The notes under the pieces were generated by a model. It did no database searches. It was not told the DNA's origin and worked only from the letters and a program-made list of their open reading frames with translations. A stretch of 64,000 nt of DNA. Source: an uncultured Chloroflexia bacterium. GTDB lineage: Bacteria > Chloroflexota > Dehalococcoidia > UBA2979. Both the position numbers and the translations under genes were made by a program. Where the stretch lies: assembly GCA_963728205.1 (NCBI GenBank), contig CAVSIV010000006.1, positions 1,376,001-1,440,000 of the forward strand, given 5' to 3'. Positions 48,988 through 58,967 of the stretch are shown here, piece after piece (within the stretch, counting starts at the first letter, position 1; each line of letters starts with the position of its first letter).

Positions 48988-50298
48988 GTGAAACGCTTCG
49001 CGACGCGCCTCCCGTTTTTCTACGGGTGGCTGATCGTCGGATTCGCGATCGCGAGCAACATGGTGGCCGCGGGCTCGATGTTCTGGGCGGTCACGCTCTA
49101 TATCCCCGCGATCGCGAAGGACTTCGCGGTCGAGCGCACCCCCGTCGTGATCGCGTTCATGGCCGGCCAGGGGGCGTACGCGCTGCTCGGACCGCTCGTC
49201 GGCAGCTACATCGACCGCCACGGCTCGCGCCTGGTGCTGCGCGTCGGCGCGATCCTGGCGCCGCTCGCGATGTTCGCGACCGCCCACGCGGCGGTCGTGT
49301 GGCAGCTCGCACTCGGCTGGATCGTCGTCAGCATGATGCGCACCGCGCTGATGCCGATTCCGTACAACTGGGTGATCACGCGCTGGTTCGGCGGCCGTCG
49401 GCGGCAGTCGGCCCTCGGCGTGATGACGGTCGGGTTCGGGCTGGGCGGCGCCGTGATGCTGCCGCTGCTCGCCGCCGTGGAGTCTCACTTCGGCTGGCGC
49501 GGCGCGATGACGTTCAGCGCCTTCGCGCTGCTCGTGACGTACGGCACGTCGGCCTACTTCGTCGTGGTGAACCGGCCGTCCGAGGTGGGCCTGCGCCCGA
49601 TCGGCGGCGCGCCAATCGCCGCCGGCGCCGCGCCGCCCGACGAGGTCGGGTTCACGCTGCGCGCGGCCATCGCCGGCGCGCCGTTCTGGCTGCTCGCGTT
49701 CGGGCTGATGCTCTTCATGCTCGGCCAGGGTGCCGTCTCGACGCTCTCGCTCGACTTCTTCGACAGCCGCGCCGTCGCGGGCGGCGCGACCCTGCTCGCG
49801 GCGAGCGCGCTGATCCGCGCGGTAGCCCGCGCGCCGCTCGGCCTGTCGATGGGGCGCGTGCGCGGCATCTACACCGTTGCGGCGCTCGTCGCGCTCTCGC
49901 AGGCGGTGGCCATGGCCGTGCTGATCGTGTCGACGTCGCCGCTCGGCATCATCGTGTGGATCGCGTTCTGGGGCGCCGGCGGGGCGTTCGCGCCCATGCT
50001 CGAGCCGCTCGTGATCACGAACGCGTTCGGCGTGCGCTTCTACGGGTCGATCAGCGGCGTCGTCGAGCTGATCACGTTCGGCGGGCAGATCATCGGCCCC
50101 ATCGGCGGCGCGGCGCTGTTCGACGCGACCGGCTCGTACACCCTCGCGTTCACGCTCTACACGATCGGCTTCGGGCTGTCGGCGCTGCTGTTTGCGATCA
50201 TGGGGCGCGCGGTGCGCGGGCAGGGCCACCGGACGGCGTCCGTGGAGGCGGGGATGCTGCGCGAGCCGGAGTCGCGCGGCGCGGCGGCAGCGGGATAG
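48988..50298 (+). CDS. MFS transporter
   Basis: FFYGWLIV, GSYIDRHGSR, about 12 hydrophobic segments, FDATGSY. Confidence 0.92.
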   Translation: MKRFATRLPFFYGWLIVGFAIASNMVAAGSMFWAVTLYIPAIAKDFAVERTPVVIAFMAGQGAYALLGPLVGSYIDRHGSRLVLRVGAILAPLAMFATAHAAVVWQLALGWIVVSMMRTALMPIPYNWVITRWFGGRRRQSALGVMTVGFGLGGAVMLPLLAAVESHFGWRGAMTFSAFALLVTYGTSAYFVVVNRPSEVGLRPIGGAPIAAGAAPPDEVGFTLRAAIAGAPFWLLAFGLMLFMLGQGAVSTLSLDFFDSRAVAGGATLLAASALIRAVARAPLGLSMGRVRGIYTVAALVALSQAVAMAVLIVSTSPLGIIVWIAFWGAGGAFAPMLEPLVITNAFGVRFYGSISGVVELITFGGQIIGPIGGAALFDATGSYTLAFTLYTIGFGLSALLFAIMGRAVRGQGHRTASVEAGMLREPESRGAAAAG

Positions 50299-50433
50299 CC
50301 GTCCGCTTCGAGCGGCACCGGGCAGGGTGCCGATCCATCCCGATCGCAGCACGTGTCGCAGAATCCCGCGGGGCCGGGCGCCGCCCCGGCAGCCCCTCGC
50401 GGACGAGGGCGCGCGGGGGAGGGGATCGGCGCC

Positions 50434-51066
50434 CTACCGGCCGCCGTTCGAATCCGGCTCGGCGGCGTCTGGCGGCTCGGCGGCGTCTGGCGGCTCGGTG
50501 GCGTCGGCGAGCGGGTCCGGGGTCGTGGCGACGCCGGGGTGCTCCTTGCGGAACTCGTCCTGGAACGCGTTCACGGCGCCGCGCAGCGCGGGCGGCGTGG
50601 CGGCCTGCGCGTAGACCTGGACGCCGCGCTGAGCCGCGCGGCGGATGTCGTCCTCGTGCTCCTTCGCCAGCCGGACGGCGTCGCGCGCGGCCTGCTCGAC
50701 GCGCGGCCGCGCCGCCTCCACGCGCTCGCGCGCCTGCTGCGCCGCGCGCTCCACGTGCGGCCGCGCCGCCTCCACGCCCTCGCGCGCCTGGCGCGCCGCG
50801 CGCTCGACGTGCGGCCGCGCCGCCTTCGCACCCTCGCGCGCCTGCCGCGCGCCGATCTCCGCGGCGTCCGCCGCGGACCGCGCCAGCCGTCGCAGCGCCC
50901 CGCCGAACGACTCGGACGGGCGCGCGGGAGGCGGCTCGGACGGCGTTTCGCTCGCGTCCGCGGGGCGCGGAGCGCCCGGCGCACCCGCGTCCGCACCCGA
51001 CGCACCCGGCGCGGCCGGCTCCGCCGGCTCGCCCGGGCGCTCGTCGTCGCGCCGCTCGTCCGTCAC
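50434..51066 (-). CDS. hypothetical protein with 18-aa amphipathic repeats
   Basis: (ARQAREGVEAARPHVERA) x3. Confidence 0.65.
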   Translation of the reverse strand: MTDERRDDERPGEPAEPAAPGASGADAGAPGAPRPADASETPSEPPPARPSESFGGALRRLARSAADAAEIGARQAREGAKAARPHVERAARQAREGVEAARPHVERAAQQARERVEAARPRVEQAARDAVRLAKEHEDDIRRAAQRGVQVYAQAATPPALRGAVNAFQDEFRKEHPGVATTPDPLADATEPPDAAEPPDAAEPDSNGGR

Positions 51067-51088
51067 GGCAGGCTCACATCCCCGGCGG

Positions 51089-51421
51089 TCAGCCCGCCGC
51101 TTCGCGCTGCTTCGCGGTGTTCAGCGCGCGGACCAGCATCCCCTTCTCGGGGATCGGCTTCCAGCCGGCGGGCGAGTTGTAGTAGCGGCAGCCGGCGCTC
51201 GTCTCGTCCGGCTCGCGCTCCTGGTACTCGACGTCGAACCCGTTGACGCGGATCGTCGGCGAGCCGAGGCACTTCGTCTCGAGCGCGTCCTCCTCGGTGC
51301 GGATCACCGACTCCTTGACCTCGACGTCCGACAGGCCAACCTCCGCGAGCGCGTCCTTGAGCAGCGCCCGCGCCTGGTCGTGGTGTCCGCAGCGCTCGGC
51401 CAGCTGCAGCGTGATCTCCAT
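51089..51421 (-). CDS. thioredoxin-fold protein (DUF2703-like)
   Basis: CGHH, GSPTIRVNGFDV, CRYY. Confidence 0.75.
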   Translation of the reverse strand: MEITLQLAERCGHHDQARALLKDALAEVGLSDVEVKESVIRTEEDALETKCLGSPTIRVNGFDVEYQEREPDETSAGCRYYNSPAGWKPIPEKGMLVRALNTAKQREAAG

Positions 51422-51570
51422 CGTGCTCCTCTTCTCCTGCCTGCCGGTCGGGCCCCGCGGCTGCCCCGGTCAGATGGTCTGCGTCGCGCCGGCGCCGGGC
51501 CCGTGCCCCCCCGTCGGGACGCCATGATGCCAGCGCGCCCCGCTCGCGGGAAGTGCCGAACGGCGATGTC

Positions 51571-52071
51571 TCAACGCCCGTCCACGACGTGCGCGCGCCA
51601 CGCCGCGACGACCTGCGCGTCGTGGGGGAACGGCAGGTCGGGCAGCGCGTCGACGGGGAAGTACCCCACCGCAGTCGCCTCGTCGCCCGGCGCGGGCTCG
51701 CCCGCCACCGGCGCGCCGGCATACGCGACGAACACCACCTGGTTGCCCGGCTCGCTGTACACGCCGAGCAGCCCGTCGAGCCGCACCTCGACCCCGGTCT
51801 CCTCCCACACCTCGCGCCGCGCGGCGTCCTCCACGACCTCGCCGGCGTCGACGAAGCCCGATGGGAACGCCCACCGCCCCATCGCCGGCTCGTGGTTGCG
51901 CTGCACGAGCAGGATCTCGTCGCCGCGCGCGACCACGACGCCGACCGCGACCTTCGGATCCGGGTACCACGTGTAGTCGCCCGCCGGGCAGGCCGGCCGC
52001 TCGCCCGGCGCCGCCGCGGGGATCGCCGTGCCGCAGCGCGGGCAGAAGCGGGCGGGCGGCGGCAGCGGCAT
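51571..52071 (-). CDS. NUDIX hydrolase with N-terminal Zn ribbon
   Basis: FCPRCG; Nudix box GFVDAGE..EDAARREVWEETG. Confidence 0.93.
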   Translation of the reverse strand: MPLPPPARFCPRCGTAIPAAAPGERPACPAGDYTWYPDPKVAVGVVVARGDEILLVQRNHEPAMGRWAFPSGFVDAGEVVEDAARREVWEETGVEVRLDGLLGVYSEPGNQVVFVAYAGAPVAGEPAPGDEATAVGYFPVDALPDLPFPHDAQVVAAWRAHVVDGR

Positions 52072-52096
52072 CGGCGCGTCCCCTCGGCTCGACGCG

Positions 52097-52849
52097 CTAG
52101 CGGAACAGCACGACGCGCCGGAACGCCTCGACCGAGCGGCCCGACTCGTCGCGCCACATCGTGCGCATCTGCTGGATGAACGCGTCGTCGCTCGGGAACT
52201 GGCTGGTGTGCGCGAGCAGCGCGGCGATCTTCGTCTCGACGACGTCGCTGATGTCGGCGTGGAAGTTCGGCTCGTTCGCGCCCCACAGGTAGAGCTCACG
52301 GACCTTATGCGGCTGCAGGCCGTCGGCGATCTGCTCGGGGAAGTTGAGGCGGTCGCGCGCGGTCGGGTAGACGGCGTCGACGGTGGCCAGCCCGGTGAGC
52401 CGGTGGTCCGAGTGGTTCACGAACGCGTTGCGGATGATCACCGGCTCGGGGTCGTGCGTGTAGACCGCGAAGGGGCGGAACTCGCGGATCTCGCGGGTGA
52501 TCGCGCCGAGCAGGTCGCGCGAGTAGACGAGCTCGCCGTCGGTGAAGCCGAGGAAGCGCACGTCGCGCACGCCGAGGAGGGTTGCGGCGTCGCGCTGCTC
52601 CTGCTGCCGCGTCGTCACGAGGCGCTCGGGCGTGAAGGCCGGGTCGTCGGAGCCCTTCGAGCCGTCGGTGGCGACGAGGTAGCGCACCTCCCACCCGGCA
52701 CGCGCGAGCAGGGCGGCGGTGCCGGCGGCGCCGAAGTCCGCGTCGTCCGGGTGGGCCGCCACGACGAGCGCCCGGCGCAGCTCGCCGGCCGACTCGTCCG
52801 GCTCGCCCGGCGCCTCGTGTCCGAACAGGTCCTCGAGGCCGCTCGCCAT
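52097..52849 (-). CDS. PIG-L family deacetylase (MshB/Mca/BshB superfamily)
   Basis: AHPDDAD, TDGSKG, R..EQ..A, NHSDH. Confidence 0.92.
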   Translation of the reverse strand: MASGLEDLFGHEAPGEPDESAGELRRALVVAAHPDDADFGAAGTAALLARAGWEVRYLVATDGSKGSDDPAFTPERLVTTRQQEQRDAATLLGVRDVRFLGFTDGELVYSRDLLGAITREIREFRPFAVYTHDPEPVIIRNAFVNHSDHRLTGLATVDAVYPTARDRLNFPEQIADGLQPHKVRELYLWGANEPNFHADISDVVETKIAALLAHTSQFPSDDAFIQQMRTMWRDESGRSVEAFRRVVLFR

Positions 52850-53237
52850 CGCTCCTCCGCTTCCGTCGCTCGCGTGGTCGCCGCGGGGCCATGCTAGCGC
52901 CGTTGCCGCGCCGGCCGCCGCGCAGGTAGCCTGCCGCCGAGCCGGCGGCACTCCCATGCGGCACAGCGCATCGGCCCGCGGCCCGGTACGGCCGCCGGCC
53001 GACTTGCCCGGCTCGGGTGGGGAGACGAAGCGCCCGGCGGGCTCGCCGGGCCGCCCCGCGGGAACTGAGCCGCCGGGGAATGCACGCGGCTCGCTAGGAA
53101 CGCCGACGTGCGCGTCACGCCGCTGAGGCGCGAGGCGATGCACACGATCCCTCGACGTGGGCGCAGCGGCATGCGCACGGCCGGCCGCGGGCGGCGTGGC
53201 GACTGCGAGCGCGAGTGCCACGGGCGGCGCCGCCCGC

Positions 53238-53267
53238 TTGACGCCGGATTACGCGCGCGGGTACTGT
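53238..53267 (+). promoter_or_regulatory. sigma70 promoter of lexA
   Basis: TTGACG-N18-TACTGT. Confidence 0.65.
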
Positions 53268-53274
53268 TCCGAAC

Positions 53275-53288
53275 AGAACATATGTGTC
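53275..53288. promoter_or_regulatory. putative SOS box (GAAC-N4-GTTC type)
   Basis: AGAACATATGTGTC just downstream of the -10; imperfect right half. Confidence 0.55.
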
Positions 53289-53353
53289 GTGTGGCGCGAC
53301 ACGGGCCGGGGCCCGCGCCCCGGTGGTGGGCGGCGGGTACGAGGAGACGCGAC

Positions 53354-53998
53354 GTGGCAGCGGACGATCTGTCCCCGAAGCAGCGGTCAATCTTCCAGTT
53401 CCTGGAAGACTTCATCTCCGAGCACGACTACCCGCCCTCGATCCGCGACATCCAGAACGGGTGCGACATCTCGTCGACGTCGGTCGTGGACTACAACCTG
53501 AAGCGACTCGAAGAGAAGGGCTACATCCGCCGTGACCGCGAGGTCTCGCGCGCGATCGAGCTCCTCAACGGCCAGGGCGAGCGCCGGCGCCGCACCATCA
53601 ACGTCCCGCTGCTCGGCAAGATCGCCGCCGGTCTGCCGATCCCCACCCCGCCCGACACCGTCACGCCCGGCGCCTACGACGACACGATCGAGCTCACCGA
53701 GGAGCAGACCGGCGGCAACGACCGCGTGTTCGCGCTGCGCGTCGAGGGCACGTCGATGATCGACGCGCTCATCAACGACGGCGACATCGTGGTGCTCGAG
53801 CCGGTCGACACCTGCGACGACGGCGAGATGGTCGCGGTCTGGCTGAAGGACGAGAACGAGACGACGCTGAAGAAGTTCTTCCGGGAGGGCGACCGCGTCC
53901 GCCTGCAGCCGATGAACTCGACGATGGCGCCGATCTACACGCGCGCCGACAACGTCGAGGTGCAGGGCCGGGTCGTCACCGCGATCCGCTCCTGGTAG
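53354..53998 (+). CDS. lexA: SOS repressor LexA
   Basis: YPPSIRDI, STSVV, IAAG cleavage site, GTSM, TLKK; GAGGAG RBS. Confidence 0.97.
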   Translation: MAADDLSPKQRSIFQFLEDFISEHDYPPSIRDIQNGCDISSTSVVDYNLKRLEEKGYIRRDREVSRAIELLNGQGERRRRTINVPLLGKIAAGLPIPTPPDTVTPGAYDDTIELTEEQTGGNDRVFALRVEGTSMIDALINDGDIVVLEPVDTCDDGEMVAVWLKDENETTLKKFFREGDRVRLQPMNSTMAPIYTRADNVEVQGRVVTAIRSW

Positions 53999-54134
53999 CA
54001 CGCAGCGCGCCCGTGCCGCGGCGAACGGCGGGCGTCAGCCCGCTGCTCGCGCCCGGCGTCAGACTGCCTCGCACGGCCCGCCGCCGTGCCGATCGCACGG
54101 GTACCCACTTCGGGCCGGTAGTACGCTCACGCGG

Positions 54135-55154
54135 ATGACTGCGATGCCCGCTGACCCCCCCGCCGAGCGCACGCCGATCCTGTCCGTCTCCCACCTCTCG
54201 GCCCATTACCAGACCGAGGAAGAGACGATCCCCGCGATTCGCGACGTCTCGCTCGAGCTCTACCCCGGAGAGGTGCTCGCCGTCGTCGGCGAGTCCGCCG
54301 CCGGCAAGAGCAGCGTCGCACACGCCATCCTCGGGCTCCTCCCGTACAACGCGACGATCGACTCGGGAGACATCCGGCTACACGGCCGGTCGCTGCTCGA
54401 GTTGCCGCCCGACGAGCTCCGCCGCGTGCGGGGATCGCAGGTCGCGATGATCTTCCAGGACGCGCTGAGCGCCCTCACCCCCACGCTACGCGTGGGCGAG
54501 CAGCTCGCCGAGCTGTTCCGCGCGCACCGCAGCCTCGGTCACCGCGAGGCGAACGAGGAGGCGCGCCGCGTCCTCGCGCCGATCTTCCCCGACGTCGACC
54601 GCGTGCTCGACGCCTTCCCGTTCCAGCTCTCGGGCGGCATGGCCCAGCGCGTGATGGTGGCGCTGGCGACGGCGCTCGAGCCATCGGTCGTGATCGCCGA
54701 CGAGCCCACGGCGAACCTCGACCCCGGCGTGCGCATGGAGACGCTCGACCGGCTCGAGCTCCTGCGCGACCGCGAGCATGTCGCGATTCTCCTGATCACG
54801 CACGACTTCGGCGTCGTCGCGCGGCTCGCCGACCGGGTGGCCGTGATGTACGCGGGCGAGATCGTGGAGACCGCCGACGTGCGCACGATCTTCCGCAGCC
54901 CCAAGCACCCCTACACGTTCGGGCTGCTGCAGAGCCTGCCGAGCATCCAGACGTCGGGCCGGCTGGTGATGATGCCGGGCCAGCCCCCGGACCTGGCGGA
55001 GCTGCCGCCGGAGTGCCCGTTCCTGCCGCGCTGCCGCAAGGCGATCTCGCAGTGTCGAATCGATCCGGCGCCGAGGTTGCTGCCGGTGGCCGGCAGCGCC
55101 GAGGGCCACCGGGTGGCCTGCTTCAACCCGATGGCGGTTCCGCTGCGGGAGTGA
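54135..55154 (+). CDS. oligopeptide/dipeptide ABC ATPase (OppD/DppD-like)
   Basis: GESAAGKS, LSGGMAQR, IADEPT, HPYT and C-terminal Cys cluster. Confidence 0.92.
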   Translation: MTAMPADPPAERTPILSVSHLSAHYQTEEETIPAIRDVSLELYPGEVLAVVGESAAGKSSVAHAILGLLPYNATIDSGDIRLHGRSLLELPPDELRRVRGSQVAMIFQDALSALTPTLRVGEQLAELFRAHRSLGHREANEEARRVLAPIFPDVDRVLDAFPFQLSGGMAQRVMVALATALEPSVVIADEPTANLDPGVRMETLDRLELLRDREHVAILLITHDFGVVARLADRVAVMYAGEIVETADVRTIFRSPKHPYTFGLLQSLPSIQTSGRLVMMPGQPPDLAELPPECPFLPRCRKAISQCRIDPAPRLLPVAGSAEGHRVACFNPMAVPLRE

Positions 55155-55163
55155 CGGCCCGGG

Positions 55164-56195
55164 CTACACGCGCGCCCGCCGGCGGCCGACCATCGACGCC
55201 AGGCGGATCGTGAGCAGCTCCAGCGCGAGCACATCGCCGAGCTTGCCGGTCTTCACCAGCTGGTCGCTGCGCTCGATCTCGCGCAGTGCGGTCTCCGCGG
55301 CCTCGCGGTCGACGCCGCGTGCCTGCCGTACCAGCTTCCCCAGCGCGAAGTTGTTGCGCACGCCGGTCGCCTCGCCGATCGCCTGCTCCGACTCGCCGCG
55401 CTCGAGTAGTTCCGTCGCCCGCACGAGGTGCCGCACCTGCCGCGCGATCATCGCCTGCAGGTACGACGGCGTCTGCGAGCTCTCCTCCAGGATCTGCCGC
55501 AGCACGCGGAGCGCGACCGGACCGCGTCCCTCGACGACGGCGTCGACGAGCGCGAAGACCGTCTCTTCGCGCGCCTGCGGGCTGAGCAGATGCACGTCGT
55601 CCGCGGTGATGCGGCGGTCGCCGGCATACATCGCGAGCTTCTCGAGCTCGACCGCGAGCATGCGCAGGTTCGCGCCGATCAGCTCGACGAGCGCCGCGAG
55701 CGCCGGGGCGTCGATCGCGATGCCCCGCTCGTGCGCGCGGGCGATGAGCCACGTCTCGACCTCGCTCGACTCCCCGCGGCGGCCGTAGGTGCGCAGCTCC
55801 GAGAACTCGGTCACGGTGACGTTCGGCAGGTTGCGCAGCGCGCGCAGGACCGGCGAGCGGCCGACGCCGCTGTCGCGCCCGCCGGGCGGCTCGAGCAGCA
55901 CGACGTGCGTCGTCTCCGGCATCTGCGGCACGAAGTCGATGAACGGCTGCCAGGTGTCCACGACGCCGCGCCGGCTGCCGAGCGCCGAGAGCAGCCCCTC
56001 GACGATCACCAGGCGCGACGACGCGAGGAAGGGGAGCGCCGCGGCGTGCTGCGTGAGCGTCTGCGGTGTGAGACCGCGCGCGCCCAGGACGCTCGTGTTC
56101 GTCGCAAGCATTCCGTCGGTATCGAGCGACGCCTTCAGCGCGCGCAGCGCCTCGCTCGCGCGGAACTCGTCGCTCCCGTAGAGGACGTGCAGCAC
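55164..56195 (-). CDS. holA: DNA polymerase III delta subunit
   Basis: LYGSDEF, PFLASSRLVIV, ELEKLAMY, VFALVDA, VKTG. Confidence 0.92.
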   Translation of the reverse strand: MLHVLYGSDEFRASEALRALKASLDTDGMLATNTSVLGARGLTPQTLTQHAAALPFLASSRLVIVEGLLSALGSRRGVVDTWQPFIDFVPQMPETTHVVLLEPPGGRDSGVGRSPVLRALRNLPNVTVTEFSELRTYGRRGESSEVETWLIARAHERGIAIDAPALAALVELIGANLRMLAVELEKLAMYAGDRRITADDVHLLSPQAREETVFALVDAVVEGRGPVALRVLRQILEESSQTPSYLQAMIARQVRHLVRATELLERGESEQAIGEATGVRNNFALGKLVRQARGVDREAAETALREIERSDQLVKTGKLGDVLALELLTIRLASMVGRRRARV

Positions 56196-56239
56196 GTCAC
56201 GCGCTCCCGCGGCGCAACGCCGCCCGCGCGACGACCGCG

Positions 56240-56500
56240 TCAGTCAATGTCGAGCTGCCAGCCGAAGAAGGCGACGACCGTCACCAGCACGAAAATCCCG
56301 GCGCCGGGCCAGAGGACCGCGGGGAGGAACGACGCGCCGGCCGTCGCCGCCTCGAAGGCCGCCCAGCCGATCGCGGCGATCAGCCCCGGCAGCGGCAGCC
56401 ACCAGGGGAAGCGCGGGTCGTCGTCGTTGACCAGCGCGGCGCGCAGCAACTCCCGCGCGCTGAGGTGGCGGCCCGGTTCTCGCGGCTTCGAGTCGTTCAT
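56240..56500 (-). CDS. small 2-TM hypothetical protein
   Basis: PWWLPLPG...FFGWQLDID. Confidence 0.6.
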   Translation of the reverse strand: MNDSKPREPGRHLSARELLRAALVNDDDPRFPWWLPLPGLIAAIGWAAFEAATAGASFLPAVLWPGAGIFVLVTVVAFFGWQLDID

Positions 56501-56636
56501 CAATCCCCCGCCCGGAAGGGCTGCGCCCATCCTAGGGGCGGGCTCCCGGCGCCGTCGAGGCGGCCCCGTCAACGTACCTGCCTGCGCGGGCCGGCCGCCC
56601 CGCCGGACGGCAAGCGGCACACCTCGTCCGAACGCT

Positions 56637-56726
56637 CAAGCGGCGGCAGATATCCCGCCGACAGGGACGCGGACGCAGTCCGCGGCTGGCGCCGCGCTTC
56701 TGTCGGCGGCATATCTGCCGCCGCTT
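56637..56726. repeat. inverted REP pair
   Basis: agcggcggcagatatcccgccga ... tcggcggcatatctgccgccgct. Confidence 0.8.
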
Positions 56727-56761
56727 TGGCCTCGCCGCCCGTCGCGCGTCGACCGCCGGCC

Positions 56762-57976
56762 TCACGCCGCGGTCGCGCTCGGCGCCGGCTCCGTCGCCAC
56801 GTCGCCCGCCCCGAGCCACAGCGCGAACGCGCCGGCGCTGAGCGCCGCGAACACGATCCCCGCCGCCGCCAGCGCGCCGCCGAGGCCGATGCCGTCGACC
56901 AGCGCGCCCACCGCGACCGTGCTCGCGATGTTGGCCAGCGACGCCATCACCGCGCCGATCGAGATGGTCGTCGCGCGCAGCTCGTCGGGCGCGCGGCGCG
57001 TGATGAAGTCGATTACGTGCACGTAGAGCACGTTGAAGGTGATCGACGGCAGGATGAAGAGCGGGTAGAGCCACGGCACCCCCGACGCCCCGGCGAGCAG
57101 CGCGAGCGCGCCGAGCAGCGGCATCAGCAAGAACGTCGCCGGCAGCCCGAGCCACCGCTTCATCGGCGCCGCGAGCAGGCTCCCCACCGTCGAGAGCGCC
57201 AGCGGCGCGGCGACGAACAGCCCGAGCGTCCACAGCGGCACGCCGTAGCCCGCGACCACCGGCTGCATCGACACCCCCATCGTGACGATGCCCACCTGCC
57301 CCAGCGCGAGCAGCAGGATCGCGCTCCACATCGCGCGCGAACGCCGTACCGCGCGCAGCGCCTCGCGGCCCGTCGCCCCGAAGCCCGGGCGCTCGGCGCG
57401 TCGCGGCGGCTCGGTCGTGCGCCACGCGACCGCGATCGCGGGGACGCTCGCGACGCCACTCAGCACGATCGGCACCCACAGGGGCACCCAGTGCACCATC
57501 GCCGCCCCCGCGACCGTGAAGAACGCGATCCCGGCCGTCTGCTGCGCGTTGAAGCGCCCCATGAACGGCGCGAACTCCGCCTGCCGTCCCAGCGGCCCGA
57601 GCGTGTCGAACAGCAGCGCGCTGTTCGCGCCCGACTGGAACGCCTCGGCGATGCCGAGCAGCGCGTACGCGCCGAGCAGCAGCCAGAGGCTCGCGCCCGC
57701 CCCGAACGCGAAGAACGCCGCCACGCCGACCGTCGTACCGACGACCAGCGAGAGGCGGCGCCCGTAGCGGTCCGCGAGCATGCCGGTCGGGACCTCGGCG
57801 GCGATCTGCGCCGCCGAGAAGGCCGCTTCGAAGAGGAAGACCTCGCCGAGCGTGAGGCCGCGCTCGCGGGTCAGGTAGATGACCCAGATCGCCTCGCCGA
57901 ACCACGTCCAGCGCAGCACCCACCACCACGGCAGCAGCCGCAGGTTGCGTTCGAGCGGCGCGCGGTCGAATGACAT
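56762..57976 (-). CDS. MFS transporter
   Basis: EVPTGMLADRYGRR, SGANSALLFDTL, RATTIS. Confidence 0.92.
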   Translation of the reverse strand: MSFDRAPLERNLRLLPWWWVLRWTWFGEAIWVIYLTRERGLTLGEVFLFEAAFSAAQIAAEVPTGMLADRYGRRLSLVVGTTVGVAAFFAFGAGASLWLLLGAYALLGIAEAFQSGANSALLFDTLGPLGRQAEFAPFMGRFNAQQTAGIAFFTVAGAAMVHWVPLWVPIVLSGVASVPAIAVAWRTTEPPRRAERPGFGATGREALRAVRRSRAMWSAILLLALGQVGIVTMGVSMQPVVAGYGVPLWTLGLFVAAPLALSTVGSLLAAPMKRWLGLPATFLLMPLLGALALLAGASGVPWLYPLFILPSITFNVLYVHVIDFITRRAPDELRATTISIGAVMASLANIASTVAVGALVDGIGLGGALAAAGIVFAALSAGAFALWLGAGDVATEPAPSATAA

Positions 57977-58165
57977 GCGCGGGAGCGTAGGGCTTCGAAA
58001 CGGACCGGCGCGCGCTTCGAGCGGCATCCGGCAAGGATGCTGAGTCGTGGCAGCCGGTGCCGCGCGATCGCGTTGTCGGCGGATGGGCGCTGGGCGCCGG
58101 CCGGCGCTTCGCTCAGCAGCGTTGCCCGCTGCCGCTCGAAGCACGCGGGTGCGGGCCCGGCGGGG

Positions 58166-58924
58166 CTACGGGAACAGGTCCAGCTCCAGCTCGCGCACGA
58201 TCTCGCGCGAGCTGCCCTCGCCGCGGTCGTAGTCGAAGCCGCGCACGATCGCGGCCGGCACCGCCGCGACCTTGCCCATCACCATCTCGGCGGCGCCCGC
58301 GATCTCGTCGGCGACGCACAGCTGCGTCACGCGCATCTCGCGCCCGTCCATGTCGGGCAGCCCGATGTACGACCGCATGGGCAGCATCCCCGCCACGCCG
58401 ATCGCGACGTTCGTCTGACCGTGCCGCCACGGCCGGCCGAACGTGTCGGTCACCACCACCGCGATGTCGACGCCGAGCCGCTCGCGCGCCGCCTCGCGCA
58501 GCGCGCGGCACGAGGCATCGGGGTCGACGGGCAGCAGGCAGATCACGTCGCCGCCGCCGACGTTCGATGCGTCGACGCCGGCGTTCGCGCACTTCAGCCC
58601 GTGCCGCGTCTCGGTGATCAGCACGCCGCGCACCTGGCGGATGACGCGCACCGACTCGCGCAGCACGGCCTCCACGACGCGCGGGTCCTTCTCCATGCGC
58701 TCGGCGTAGTCGCGCGCGAAGGCGCTCGGCTCGAACTCGCTCAACGGGCGCAGCCGGTCCTCGGCGCGCGAGACCACGCGCTGCGTCACCGCCAGCACGT
58801 CGCCGTCCTGCAGCGGCGTCCCCTGCGCCTCCGCCGCCGCGAAGAGCTGGCCGGCGAGGTCGTCGCCGGCGCGCACGATCGGGATGCCCGTGACGCCGAT
58901 GACCCGAAACTCCGGTACCGCCAT
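58166..58924 (-). CDS. cofE: coenzyme F420-0:L-glutamate ligase
   Basis: GDDL, VVSRAE, ANAGVDASN, LPVDPDAS, DTFGRPWRHG, DEIA. Confidence 0.95.
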   Translation of the reverse strand: MAVPEFRVIGVTGIPIVRAGDDLAGQLFAAAEAQGTPLQDGDVLAVTQRVVSRAEDRLRPLSEFEPSAFARDYAERMEKDPRVVEAVLRESVRVIRQVRGVLITETRHGLKCANAGVDASNVGGGDVICLLPVDPDASCRALREAARERLGVDIAVVVTDTFGRPWRHGQTNVAIGVAGMLPMRSYIGLPDMDGREMRVTQLCVADEIAGAAEMVMGKVAAVPAAIVRGFDYDRGEGSSREIVRELELDLFP

Positions 58925-58967
58925 GGTGCCCTCGCGATTGCCCGCGTCGACGTTTTCGACTGCCGCT

